DNA of 64,000 nt. Source: Hydrolagus affinis (taxonomy: Eukaryota). Shown here piece after piece: positions 1-12,494 of the stretch. Position numbers and translations under genes: made by a program. Each line of letters begins with the position of its first letter. Positions within the stretch are counted from its first letter, which is position 1. Under the pieces are notes generated by a model. The model searched no databases, was not told the DNA's origin, and saw only the letters and a list, made by a program, of their open reading frames with translations. The stretch lies in contig JAAILG010000293.1 of NCBI GenBank assembly GCA_012026655.1, positions 1 to 64,000 on the forward strand, in the 5' to 3' direction.

Positions 1-341
1 ATAATAATAATAATAATCCTTGCATTTGATATAGCGCTTTCCACATCTTATCAACGTCCCAAAGCGCTTCACAGAATATACTGTAAAGTGAATTGACTGT
101 ATATATTTGTGGGCGAATCGCGGCAGCCAATTGCGCACAGCAGTGTCCCACACACAGTCATGGATTGAAATAACCAATTTTATTATTGTGTTTTTTTGGA
201 GGGATTATTATTAGGCATGTGGAGTAAGGAAACTTGCTCAAGGTTTCGTCCTGACCTGCCTGGATTCGAACACAGGTCTCCCCAGCTTGGTTTCCCCAGC
301 TTGCAAGACAAGTGCTCTAACCACTGAGCCACAGGAGCTCC
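1..341 (-). mobile_element. tRNA-derived Deu-domain SINE, young ~310-bp family, full length
   Basis: Minus strand reads GGAGCTCCTGTGGCTCAGTGGTTAGAGCAC (box A) ... TGTTCGAATCC (box B-like), Deu core CTGTGCGCAATTGGCTGCCGCG, L2-like tail and (ATT)n; matches many other copies in the window. Confidence 0.9.
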
Positions 342-1140
342 ACAAGAAGCAAACATCTCCAGATCATTGTATGCCATCTGTAATTGGTGCAATTTTTACC
401 TTGCTTGGTTTATAATACAAGTACAGAAATTAAAAACCATAGAAATAAGGGGCTATACAACTCACTGTTTATCACATCAGATCTACAGTTTGTATCCCAA
501 GTTAATGCAGTGGCTCTATTTGTAAGCAAATTATCCGCTTAGTTTAGATCCATGTTTCAGAATTAGACCCAGTCATGCTAGAGTTAGAATCATTTGGAAT
601 TTAACTGATGTACTATTTGGAAAAGTATCTGCATCAGTATTTTGAAATACTGTATATATATATTTGCAAAACTTCAGAATTTTGGATTGGTGACAAGTAC
701 AGCAGTTGCAGGGGCAAGCAAAATGTGTGAGAAATGTCTGGATTTTATCTGTATTCACACAGTGGATGACCTTTAAGAATTATGCAGACCAGACAGTGGT
801 TACAATCAAATAATACTGCATTTGTAGCATGATACTTCTTTGTTACTTAGCCAAAGGTCAGAATTCTACTGTGAACGCTGAACAGACAATGCTGGTGATG
901 TTCAGTGAGTGGGTTTATCCCTAGGATATATCCTGTCAGAAGAAATTGCTTTCTGGCATTTAGGTGAAATTGTTAGGATTATGGCAAGTGGATATCAGAT
1001 TTATATGAATAGTGCCATACATTGTTCAAATTTTTGTGATATCTTGGCTTTTAATATTGTGGTCTTTTTTGAAAGCCAGCTCAGCTCTGAGGTACACATC
1101 CTGGTTGATGATGGAAAATAGAATTTTCCCCGTATTCCCT

Positions 1141-1612
1141 CCACCACAATCCATAAAATTCAGCTCATTCAGAACTCTGTCGTCCGCATTCTCACCCGCA
1201 CCAAACTTCGCTCCCCGATTACCCCAGTCCTTGCCAGACTTCATTGGCTCCCTGTCCCGGAGAAGATCGACTTCAAGATCCTCACCCTTGTTTTCAAGTC
1301 CCTCCACTGCACCCCTCCTACCTCTGTGACCTCCTCTCTCACCAGCACAGCATCCGTTGCCTTTGCTCCTCCGGTTCTGGTCTCATCGTTGGCCCCCGAA
1401 TCCTCCGTTCCACTCTCAGCAGCCGTGCCTTCAGCCACTATGCCCCGCAACTCTGGAACTCCCTTCCTCACTCCCTTTGCCTTGCCCCTTCTCTTCCTAG
1501 TTTCAGGACTCAGCTAAAGACAACTTTTTCCCCCTCCCCCTGGCTCGGGCCCGGGATCCGTTATTGTGAAACGCTCTGAGACGCTATATAAATCAAAGTT
1601 GTTGTTGTTATT
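1141..1612 (+). mobile_element. L2-clade LINE 3' end (ORF2 C-terminus, 3'UTR, (GTT)n tail)
   Basis: Translates as KIQLIQNSVVRILTRTKLRSPITPVLARLHWLPVPEKIDFKILTLVFKSLH, then after a frameshift RAFSHYAPQLWNSLPHSL..PSLPSFRTQLKT, typical L2 ORF2 C-terminal motifs; ends in GTTGTTGTT. Confidence 0.9.
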
Positions 1613-3014
1613 ATGGTGCAGTTGCCTCATTGGTGGGTAATTTGGGCCCAACAGTTTAATTTAATGACCAAATATTGCCACAGTTTCAAGCACTTTAATC
1701 CATTTTAGCAGTTTCTTTAAACACTTTACAGTACTTTGGTGAGGGATAACAAGAGTAGTGAAGAATAATTTGAGATATGAAGTAAATAACTCCAATGAGT
1801 AAATCTATCTTGTTGGATATTCTAAGGCTTCAGAATTCCTCATCCACCACTTTTGTTATGAAATAGAAGATATTAGGAGTTTTTATATAAACCTCAATTT
1901 TACATAAAGTTGCAACAGTATTTGGTCCATTTTGGTGATAGCATGTGTTCAATGATGCACAAATAACAGAAACACTGTTAAATTGAATGTTTTGTTAGAG
2001 CTACTGTCACCATCAGTACTGCCGTTAAAAAGCACTTAGTAAGCAATCTTGTTAACCTGAATATAATTGTGTACACCTTTGCCCCACAGAGAAATCATGC
2101 CTGGAAAAGTATTAGCAGAAGATCCAGTCTTGTTAGCTGTGTAATGTAATGGCCTGAACAGTAATAATAAATGACTATACAAAGGAGGCTAACTGAATAA
2201 CTCGTGATACTGAAGTAACTAGTGTGTCATGGTCAGCTTTACATTTGGTAGTGTTTATCGTAATCCAAAATGAAATTGGCAGTTTCCACTTATAACTTTT
2301 TAAGTTGATTTCTAGCTGAAAATAAGTCATTTTCTGAATTATTTTCTATATTATCTAGTGTAAGAAAATCAGGCCAAGCAGCTTTGCAATGACATTTGGT
2401 TTGAAATTTCCCATCTATAGTACTGAGATATTGATACCGGACTGTATTCATTTCACACAATGAATTGTTATGTCTTGAAGTAATGACTATTGTCTAGCAA
2501 ATGTGTGCTGAGTAGAATGATTTATAACAAAGTTCTTGCAGCTAAACCATTCAGAGAGACAGTGCAAGAGCTGTAAAACAAATGAAGAGCATGTTTATCC
2601 TTCGTCCATTTTTAAATTTAGTGCATTGCAGTAATTAACATTTCTTTTGGAATATTTAAAGAAGGCATATGCTTTAATATGATTCTGCTAGCAAAGTAAT
2701 CTTCAATGTTCCCATTGATCCATGAGCCAACTGCCAAATTTTTCAAAATGACTTACTGTTTTCATAGAAAACTGTAATGAAAACGGAATCGAAGTTTATA
2801 GGGACAAGACTGAGATAATCAAATGCTCCAAGGAACACGACAGTTTCAAGCATGGAAATGTCATCGGTTGAAAGCAATTGGCCAGTGTTGTGTAATGGAG
2901 GTTCTGAGGTTAAATAGACATTCTGCATTGCACCTTCATTTTGATTGGTATTATGGGGAATTGCTTGAGAACTTTAATAATCCTTAAATATGTTAGAGCA
3001 CTGTTTATATGGGG

Positions 3015-3180
3015 AGGATGTCTCAAAGCACTTCACAGGTTTTACTGTAAAGTGCAATGCCAGTGCATTTTAAAATCAAATACGGTAGCCAATTGATGCA
3101 AACCAATGCCCCACAAACGGCCAAGAGGTGAAGGATCTATTTTATTTGATGGATTGTTGGCCAGAATACTAGGAGAAATT
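3015..3180 (-). mobile_element. Older Deu-SINE fragment
   Basis: Degenerate match to the Deu core and tail (GGTAGCCAATTG..CCCACAAAC..GGGATTGTTGGCCAG) seen in the 17339-17751 copy. Confidence 0.55.
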
Positions 3181-3780
3181 TCCTTCTCTTTCCAAATTAT
3201 TAGTATTACATTACTATTATTTACTGATAAATTCATAACTTCACTTTGCATTTTTATTCCTTTAGTGCTTACTGCCCTGTGAAAATTATGGCTGTACATC
3301 TGCTGCTTGGAGGCTGAAAGGACTCCTTGAATTTCTGATGGGTTTGTAGAACAGACTATGCATAAAGGGATTCTTATGGTCTCATTTATACTCAGTGAAG
3401 TTTGCTTCGACCAGGAAAACTTGGCCAAATTTCAGAAGTCAAGCCTGAATGTTATAGGCAATGAATTAATTTGACTAGCAATTGAAAAAAGACGACTGCC
3501 TTCAGATAAGCTTGGAGCTGGTCTTTCAAATAGACCCCAGTACTTTATAATACTAACTGAATTAAATGCTCAGACAGAAGAAGAATCCAAACTTAATCTG
3601 AAATATAAATGAGCTGCTATTAAGATGTACAGTTTTCCAAATCACTCAACTTGGAATCAAAATTCTTCTGGAAATCAACAGCCCACCTGGGAATCAGTAC
3701 CTAGATAATTTATCATCCACCTGGAATGTACAAGTTTTGTGTTGCTAACCATATTGGTTGGCATGATGATAATGATAGTG

Positions 3781-3888
3781 AGAAGCTAATGGAGTCAGGT
3801 GAGGATGGGATGATAGATGAACAGAGCCTGATGCGGGAAAGAACATAGACTGCAGAGTTCTGGATGATCTGCAGCCGATGGAGGAAGC
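3781..3888 (-). mobile_element. L2 ORF2 fragment
   Basis: Minus strand encodes LHRLQIIQNSAVYVLSRIRLCSSIIP, homologous to the LQLIQNS..R..T..ITP motif at 1141. Confidence 0.7.
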
Positions 3889-6029
3889 CTGACTCCATTG
3901 GCTTCTCATTACACAAAGGCTTCAATTCAATATTCTGGTCCTCAAAGCACTTCGTAGAACATATTGTAAAGTGAATTGATTTTATATTTTGTGTATCCTA
4001 TTGTAGGATGTTAAGTGCAAAATTGGGATAATTATAAATCATTTAGTAAGTAAGGAATTCAAGTCAAAGTAAAAGCCTCTGGTGATATGAAACCAAGGGA
4101 GAATATATTTGAATGTAACTAAGTGTTAAGAGAATCAGATCTAAAAGCTTAAGTTTACTGAGAAGTGGTATGAATTTGGGCAAATTAGTGTCCTTAGAAT
4201 TGATTGACAAGTCGGCATAATTTTGAAGATCATCAAAGTTCATGTTATGTTCTTCATGTAAGTGAGGAACAAGATACCACTGTATGTGGAAAGGACTTGT
4301 GTTGAGTACATACTACCAATTATGTGGCATTGAAATTAACTCATATAGGATTTTGTTGAGGTGATTAAAGTCAGAGAAAATATTTATAAATGTTAGTGCT
4401 GGAATAAAAGATCTTGAATCTTACAGTGAGGGAGGGGTACAGTTTAATTGGAAATAACTACTTCTTTTTGGTTGGTATTCAGCCCATGATATTGGAGAGC
4501 TCGTATGCATTGATAAATTGGAATTTCCAATTGTCCAGAATGGAATGTGAAGCCTGCACCAAACACTTTACAAAAATTCAGATAGCCACGTAGCGCTACA
4601 AATCCACAAATTATTCTTAACTGTTTTTAGCTTTCATTCATTGGGGTCTTTTTTCTTTTTCTTAAATAAACCGAATTCAACAGACATTAATTTAAGTGAT
4701 AGCAACAAGCTGCGTATGTCGGATGCAGGAGAAAGCTCCTTCTGTGTCCTAATAATATGCTTTCACTCCAACCTGAGAACAGTTTCCTGACTGGAGGAGT
4801 TTGTTGTTTCCATTTTCTGTGTCAGCCATCCTCTTCAACATGTTGACTGAGATTGGCAAATTTGTGTCTATTAGTGCAAATTATTGGCAGTTTTGTGCTG
4901 TGGAATCATGCCGACAAAATGTTGGGTTGAGACTGAACAAACAAATTTTACTGAAATGGCATCAGACAGGAGGCTTTAAATCCATTAGTCAACATTACAT
5001 TAGAAACCTTCACCCAGATATAAGTGCTGTGGCTTTCTCCAACATTCTGTTACCCTTGTGTTTAATTAGTTTATCCCACAGTCTAAATTTAACACTTGTG
5101 TGCAAGTGAAGTGTTCCATCTTTGAATGTGGAGAAAAAGAGACAAAACTAATTCAGATACAAAGCAGTACAATTCTTTGCCAGAGGCTGAAAAGGCCCCC
5201 ATTCAGGCTCTCTCATGCCCTCCCTCAGAGTAACAACAACATGAATAATCAGGGTAAATATCTAAAGTTAGAGAACAACACATTTGGGTTGCATAGAATG
5301 AAATACGCTATTCAATCCATCTATTCTGTGCCATCTTATTGACTGAAATGTCCATTTACTGTATATTTAATAATAAATCCATTCCCATTTAGAAATTGCT
5401 GAAAACAATAGTACCAGGTTATTTTACAAAAATTGAATGTCTCAGTATTTATGAAGGATTTTGAATACATACGTTATTTAGCATGGAGATATCACATGAA
5501 CAGTAATAATAATATACCAAACTCACATTACAATCTAGTTTCATTAACATTTTCACGTGGGGATTTATGTGATTTATTTTCTGATATCCATCGCTCAACT
5601 TATTTTATATAATATGACAAAAATTTAAAATAAGACCAGTAATGTCATCCACTTAAGCTTTTGTGAATCTGTGAGGAAGAATGAATATACAGTATTTAAG
5701 AAGTTGAAAGTTGACAAACCAAATGAATACACAATTATTTTCAACCAATTTTGGCATGCTATTCCTATTTTATCAGAAATCAGAGTAATACTCATACCAT
5801 TATCCACTTCCAACATATTAGTGGTAAATGTTTTGATGTAGTTAGGTGGGAACAGCATTTTTCCAAAAGCAGATCTGACTGAACATACACAACACAGTAT
5901 TTTTTTTAGTATAAATGAGGTGGCTCATTTGCTAAATATTTCAAAGAGAAGATGTTCTGATGAATAAGGCTTTCAGACCCTTGATCTCATACATTCAGAA
6001 TGTCTCCATGCCTACTATTTTACCGTTAC

Positions 6030-6170
6030 TGAATCGAACAATTTCTTAAATATATTCAGTGCCCTTCTCTCAACTGTTCTGTCTGACAATCCTTTCCAGT
6101 TATATAAAACAATACTTCCTGAAAGGTATCCTAAACTTGTCCTTAGCATCCTGAACCTGTGCCCACCTAT
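6030..6170 (-). mobile_element. CR1-clade LINE 3' fragment (decayed)
   Basis: Resembles the CR1 C-terminal region (GHR... and WN-like motifs), heavily decayed. Confidence 0.4.
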
Positions 6171-8221
6171 CTTGTTGGCTTGGTGCATCTGCAATTATTG
6201 TACAGTGTTTATTCTCCATCTCATTAAATATTTTACATTTCTCCTTGCCTCTAAGATTCCTCTTTTCAAAGCCAATGAGTTTGGGTTTATGTTGTCATTC
6301 CTCATCACTCACCCCTTTAACACCGTGAATCAGCTTTGTTATTCTCCAATTTATATCTCCACTGAATTTAGCAATTCAGTCTCTATAAAGAAAAAAAAGT
6401 TTCTATTTTTAATATGTAGAAGTATTTCATTTGAATAGGGAGACAGAAAGAAGTAAATAATAAAGTCTATGATTTAATTCAAGAGTTCAAATGACATAAG
6501 TCAGAGCAAAACTTAAGTGCTAATGGGTGTTAAAAGAAGTACTGGCATTACATTGATTTATATCATATAATAATGTTAAAATTGTTCACTGGGGAATACA
6601 AAAAACAGAATAACAGATCATTATGGCAAAGTCATCAGGTTTTAAGTTGATCAATCTGGTCCGAAGACATCATAAAACATGAGAGCAGGTCTTGAATGGT
6701 CATGGATGATACAATTATCTATTAAAGGATGTTATGTGTCCTCCACAATCCATAAATTATTATTATATATAAGCTTTTGTCTTATCATAATTAAAATACC
6801 AATTAGTACAGTAGAATTGAGATTGTTGTTTAAGAATTTAAAAGGTTATCATATTAAATGGCACTTATTCACAGAAGAGTAACATAAAGAAATTAGTTTG
6901 AGTTTTGAAAACAAGTATTGTACGAAGAAATCTTGAGTTTAGAAAGATAGAAGACTCCAAATAATTTAAAAGATAGAGAACATACAATCATCAGCAAATG
7001 TTACATTTCAGTACAAAGCAAATTTACATTTAGAGACATAAACAGGAGGCACTTTACCTGTTGAGCCCATTCCATCATTAAATCTATGGTAATTCTAATT
7101 CTATTCCCATCTTTTCTCCATTTCCCGCCATGAGTATTTCTTAGTCGGTAGCAAAACTAGAAAATCAGATATTTTGGTACCACTGAGGACCAAACAATAA
7201 TCGGAGTGGATGATAAATATAAAAAATAAATTGAAGTGCACATTAAGAAGACATTTTCACCAGTGCTCATGGCAAGCATGGCATTAGGGAACAGATTAGT
7301 CTTCTGAACGATAGGATTAACAGTAGGCTCAGAATATCAGAGTACAGTCAAAATTTAAATTTAATTCTTCACTTCAGTCTTCATGAAGGAGGCTTGCACA
7401 ATAATTTCCCACTGCTGGAAACATGATGCCTGAGCCACCAGGGGAGTGTAGAAATTACAAATATGATCAGAGGAAATATTGATAAACTGGTGGGGTGAAA
7501 ATAGATCAAATGGTGCAACTTGATGGAATACATCATGGATATTTTAAGAATATTAGGCACCAAAGGCATGACCGCAAAAATGGCAGACCAGGCAGCTAAT
7601 ATCAGTGATTTTGAAATAATTAAAAATCTATCGAAAATAAATATGATTTCTTAATCTACAAATTTTATGTTTTTTATCGATTCATAATTTATATAAAAAA
7701 AAGCGATAATATGTCAATAAAACAGTACACATTTTATCATTTGAAGTTTTTACTAAAACTGAAAAGCTTACCTGTTTTTCTCAAATCACTTGACAGAAAT
7801 TAAATCAAGATGGTAGTTTTTGGCCGGTAATCTAGTGTTATCAAGTTTATTGGTATCATCAGCAGCAAAAGTTGTTTGTTTTCAATATGCCTGGAAAAAT
7901 CAACAGCAACCCAGCATTCAAAATACCTCATAACATTTAGTAACTCATATGAAATAAGCTTGATTCAATTAATTATAAAAGCAATTACTGCTGTTTCACT
8001 CGTTAGACGACAAAAATGATAAAAGCAGAGATATATTGATAATACTTACATTTGTTCAGACTTACAATTCAGTGGGATGTTATAAGAGTGTATCTGTAAG
8101 TTTTTCAATTGAAAAACAACTAAAATGTGACATGCCTTTTATTATCTTAAGAAAACAAAATAACAAATGGCTCATAAAATTTAATAGCGCAATACAGATA
8201 AAATAGGCTTGGTTCAGTTAA

Positions 8222-8384
8222 TTGGAAGCAGATTCAATAGTAGGTTTCAAAGGGGAATTGGATATGTACTTGAAAAGGGAAAATTTGCAAGGTTATGGGG
8301 TAAGAGTGAGGGAGTGGAACTAGTTGGCTATCTGTTTCAAACAGCAGGCACAGGCATGATGGGCCAATTGGCCTCCTTCTGTGC
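8222..8384 (+). mobile_element. CR1-clade LINE 3' end (chondrichthyan HER1-like tail)
   Basis: TTCAAAGGGGAATTGGATATGTACTTG (FKGELDMYL) followed by the 3'UTR GGCACAGGCATGATGGGCCAATTGGCCTCCTTCTGTGC, recalled as the shark CR1 tail. Confidence 0.75.
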
Positions 8385-8555
8385 AGGAAGATAAACATTG
8401 AGAGTTTCCAAGATTCTGTGCAAGTCTAAAATTCTATGTTAAAAATTCAAAAGTTAAGATGAGTTTTGTTACAGGCTTAAATAAAGACACATGTTTCTCT
8501 CTGTACACATGGTTTACACAATGCAAATTCAGATATATTATCAAGTAAATTACAT

Positions 8556-8587
8556 TTTCTACTGATTTTCTACTGATTTCTACTGAT
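8556..8587. repeat. Short tandem repeat (TTTTCTACTGA)x~3
   Basis: Directly visible ttttctactgattttctactgatttctactga. Confidence 0.8.
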
Positions 8588-8682
8588 ATTGCTCCATTTG
8601 ATCCACCACAAACAACCCATTACAAAACAAACAGATTCTGGGGAGCATTGGTTTGTTTTAAAGCTAGATTTAATTATTTAAA

Positions 8683-8830
8683 CAGAAACACAAAATATTG
8701 TACTGCAGATGATGGAAATCTGAAACATAAACCGAAATTGCTGGGAACAAACCAGCAGGTCAGGCAGCATCTACGGAGAAAGGAAAAGTGAGTCAACGTT
8801 TCAGGTGCATGACCCTTTGTTGAAACCCTA
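8683..8830 (-). mobile_element. Penelope-like pseudo-LTR fragment with decayed hammerhead motif, 13-bp TSD
   Basis: Reverse complement of the 19569-19704 unit; flanked by identical TTAATTATTTAAA at 8670-8682 and 8831-8843. Confidence 0.75.
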
Positions 8831-8877
8831 TTAATTATTTAAAGATGTCCCTGTTCCCTATTATTGTGGGTGAGAAG

Positions 8878-9203
8878 TGACGGCCAGTTGTGCACAGTAA
8901 TGTTCTACAAACGTTATGAAGTGAGTGATCAATTCTATTTGGAGGATTGTTGACCAGGATACCGGGAGAAAATCACTTCTCTGGTTGAATATTGCCATTG
9001 CCATGTCACATAATCTTTAAAATCCCTCTGAACAGGCATTTAGGACCTTGGTTTAGCATTTCACCCAAAAGACGGCATCTCCAACAATGTAACACACCCT
9101 CACTATTGCATTGAAATGTCAGCTTAGACTATGTGATTCCAAGTCTCAAGACCCATGACCTTCTGACTCAAAGGCGAGAGTGCTGCTTCCTGCGCCAACT
9201 GAC
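8878..9203 (-). mobile_element. Older Deu-SINE (SacSINE1/AmnSINE-like), lacking the tail
   Basis: Colinear with 17339-17751: tRNA-like head at ~9150-9203 and full Deu body (CCCAAAAGACGGCATCTCCAACAATG). Confidence 0.7.
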
Positions 9204-10229
9204 ACACTATCCCTTTAAAACCATCTTTAGCAGTTCTACATTAGTTATGCTTACGATTAATTCGACTTTTCTAATAGACTGGTTTCACAGTGCAGCCAGT
9301 TCAACACTAACCTCACGATATCAGTGACACCAAGTCTGGCATATTAAGAGGGACCAAAACTATGAAGCTACCAGGAGCGATTGTAATATGAAATTAGTTT
9401 TGCTGTGGAATTTAATATGAGCAAAGCTAAATGCTAAAAGCTCTGGGCAGTGAATAATTTACAACAAGCTCTAGTTGAAAAGAAAATGAGTGGGAATCGA
9501 TGATGTCAACCACCAACCAGTGAGCACCATGTAATTAGATCTGTGTCTCCATCAAATAAAAGCATGCTTTTGCTTCTTTTGATGCCAAAGTGGTAAAAAT
9601 ATAATCATAGAGAAAAAGCATGCTGGTACCTAGTCTGTAATCCTGCAAAGAAGGCTTCCGTAATACCTTATTTGCCTGCAAGGTTAACCAAACTGTTGGT
9701 CCCCCTTCAAAACTCTCACAGATCAGCAAATTGATGTGAGATTATAGTGATCATTTCTAAAAACAACTTTTTGAGACTTATTTTGCTCCCTGAGCTCCAG
9801 AGTTCTGTTTTACATTCATACCTCAATATTATTTCTAAGTGAATTTTTTTTAAATTACATCCAACCTGTTGAAGCAAATGTATCAAATGTATAGAATAGA
9901 GCATAACATTGGTAAAGCCTGCAAATAATTTTGTTACAGTATTTAGGGCATAATAAGGAGAGTAAACCCCTTTGAAGTTTAAGGCTTGCAGCTCATATAA
10001 CATATGTTAGACGTTGCACAAGTAAAGTATTCTCCCATGATCATTTTGCCCTGAGAGCAGATGGAGCCTATCCCCAATTCAGTCCATACAAATCAGAGCA
10101 ATCTAAAAACAGAAACAAATAAGACTTGATTGGAACAAATGGAACCCATGAATAGACAATATAGAAGCAACAGATAATCAGAGTGGGTCATGTGAGCAGC
10201 ACATGAATTGTAAGCAGCACAAAACCTTG

Positions 10230-10480
10230 CCATTTGTAACTTGTGTCCCCTGATCTTTGAGCCTTTTGCCATTGTGACCAATTTGCCAACCCTCTGAAAA
10301 CTTCAGCCAGGTTTTATTCAAGGAAGAAAGGTCCAATGGTTACCATTTCTTTGTAAGTTAGTTATTTATACGTAGATTGAGATTCAATACAGTCGCTCAC
10401 CTCTACACCTGTTTAAGGCCTTTGGATGATTTGGGGTCCAGAACTTCAGATAGTATTCCATATGAGAGTTTGACCTTACA
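10230..10480 (-). mobile_element. CR1 ORF2 C-terminal fragment
   Basis: Minus strand AKGSKIRGHKLQ resembles the CR1 TRGHxxK motif; surrounding sequence decayed. Confidence 0.5.
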
Positions 10481-11899
10481 CAAAAACAATATTCCTGCTT
10501 TTAATGTGCACTCAATCTTTGCTAAAAAGGCAGCCAAGCAAGCCTATCATATAGACTTGAATAGGGACTAACCCAAATTTTCAAGCAAACATGTTAAGAA
10601 AGTTTTAGGGTTTATTGCTTCTTTCACATGTTGCACAGTTATGAACTACAGTTGATGAAGGTTTAACAAACGAGTCCTGACATCTGGTCATGCAAGTGTA
10701 GCCTGCAATACAGACATTCTACTGCAGGAGCAGAAGGTTGAATTAAATATCTGCAAGCAGAGAGGAATGCTGTTCACCCATTGATTCTATACCAGATTCT
10801 ATACGGCAGGAAAGAACAGCACTTCATATTGGCAATTCAACCTTCATTGAGGAACAGTTGACAAATGTAAATGTAGACCTTGACAAAGCGTGATAGATTG
10901 GGCAAAAATGACACTGCATAAATAGCTTTTCCTTTGTTACTGAGAATGTATTGATATCATGTCAAATGGGATGGAACACTTCCATAAGTAGTTGGAGCTT
11001 CACAGTGTTTGTCTCAAGGGGAGCATTAAAATGAGCATTTAGTTTCCAGCTGATCAGCCTTGAATGTTTTGGGGTTTGACAAACACCTTTCACATCTGAA
11101 TAAGGGACAGTTGAAATTTGTTAGGATGCTTTTCGAAACAGATGGTGGATAAACAAACCTGGTAATCCATGTTAACATTAAAACGACTGCCATAGTTAAT
11201 CTATTGAGAATGTTATATATCACAGCACCAGTTTAAATTAGAAGTATTTTATTCACATTAAAATAAAATAATCCCAAAACTAAAGGGCCTGGAAAGTATA
11301 TCTGAAAGTAAGTAAAGGGCCAATGGATCCAATATATATTTCCATGCACGTTTGCTACACAAACTACCGTGTGCATATCATGTTGCAAATGATTGAATGT
11401 GGCTGTTTAGTGAAGTTACCATATGCAACTCTGATTCAAAAACAAGCATAATAAATAAAGACTAACCTGATGGTCAAGTTAAAAAAAAATTAGAATTCAA
11501 TAGCAGTAAACTGTCTACAATTTGCAATTTTATTATCATTATCATTTATCAGGGCATCATTGGGTGACAAGACACATTCATTACTTTGGTATTGATTCAT
11601 TACTTCAGCCTTCCTCCATTTCAGACCAATTTAATTTTGAAGCCATTCTCCTCTCTCCTATATGCATTTTCCTTTTTGGAATTTATTTCCTCCATCACTT
11701 GATCAGTCTCTTCTTTGTTATTTTATGTGCACCATGTACAATGTCAGGGCCCTGAAAATCTCAGTGAGTGTGATAACTGACCAAAAGGTGTTGTGGGCAT
11801 GTTAATGCGCTATCATATTTGTTATAATGAATTGCACTGTTCATCGGGTAGCTTATGAGGAGATCCTGGTATCTGCTGTGCATCCAGCAAAAAAGTTTC

Positions 11900-12078
11900 T
11901 ACTAGTGTCCTTGCCAACAGTCCTCCAGATTAATTGATTATTCACCTTATTGCTATTGATCAGATCTTGCAGGCACAAATGGCTGCTTCAGTGGCTTGTA
12001 AATACAATCACTACAAGTGTGATTACTTGACAGTGATACTTTGAGATGTTTTGATATAATAGAGAACTATAAAAATGT
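11900..12078 (+). mobile_element. Older Deu-SINE 3' fragment
   Basis: GTGTCCTTGCCAACA..GATCTTGC..CACAAATGGCTGC..CTTTGAGATGTT..CTATAAAAATG. Confidence 0.55.
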
Positions 12079-12413
12079 GTTTTCTTATTTTCCTACTCAT
12101 GCCTCATTAATGACTAAACTATTGGATTTATAAATAAAACAGGGAATAGACCACATCCTTGACTAACAGTGTTTCAATTTAAAACCAGTTTAAAAGCATA
12201 AATTGGAGTGAGTGAACTTTTGCACAACATTCTATATCTTCATAATAGCTTAATGATATTCAATCATTGGAAATGGTTCAAAGAATTATGATTGATTAAA
12301 ATCCATTTAGATTGAAATTGTGTTTACCTAAAACCCCAATTCAGTGTGATAGCAATTGGCTCGCAGATCCCTGCTGATTCAGAGTTTGATGAGAAAACAA
12401 GTTCTGTAAATTC

Positions 12414-12494
12414 TGCAGTAATTTCAAATGTAGTTCACTGTTTACTTAACAAATTCTGATAAGTAAACAGTGAAATACACTTGAAATGGCTGCA
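12414..12494. repeat. Inverted repeat / 81-nt hairpin
   Basis: 35-bp arms match at 31/35 positions (TGCAGTAATTTCAAATGTAGTTCACTGTTTACTTA vs TAAGTAAACAGTGAAATACACTTGAAATGGCTGCA). Confidence 0.9.

Noticed and set aside
1012-1579. Stack of overlapping ORFs on both strands
   Set aside because: All overlap the GC-rich L2 3' fragment; they are frameshifted LINE sequence or its antisense, not host genes.
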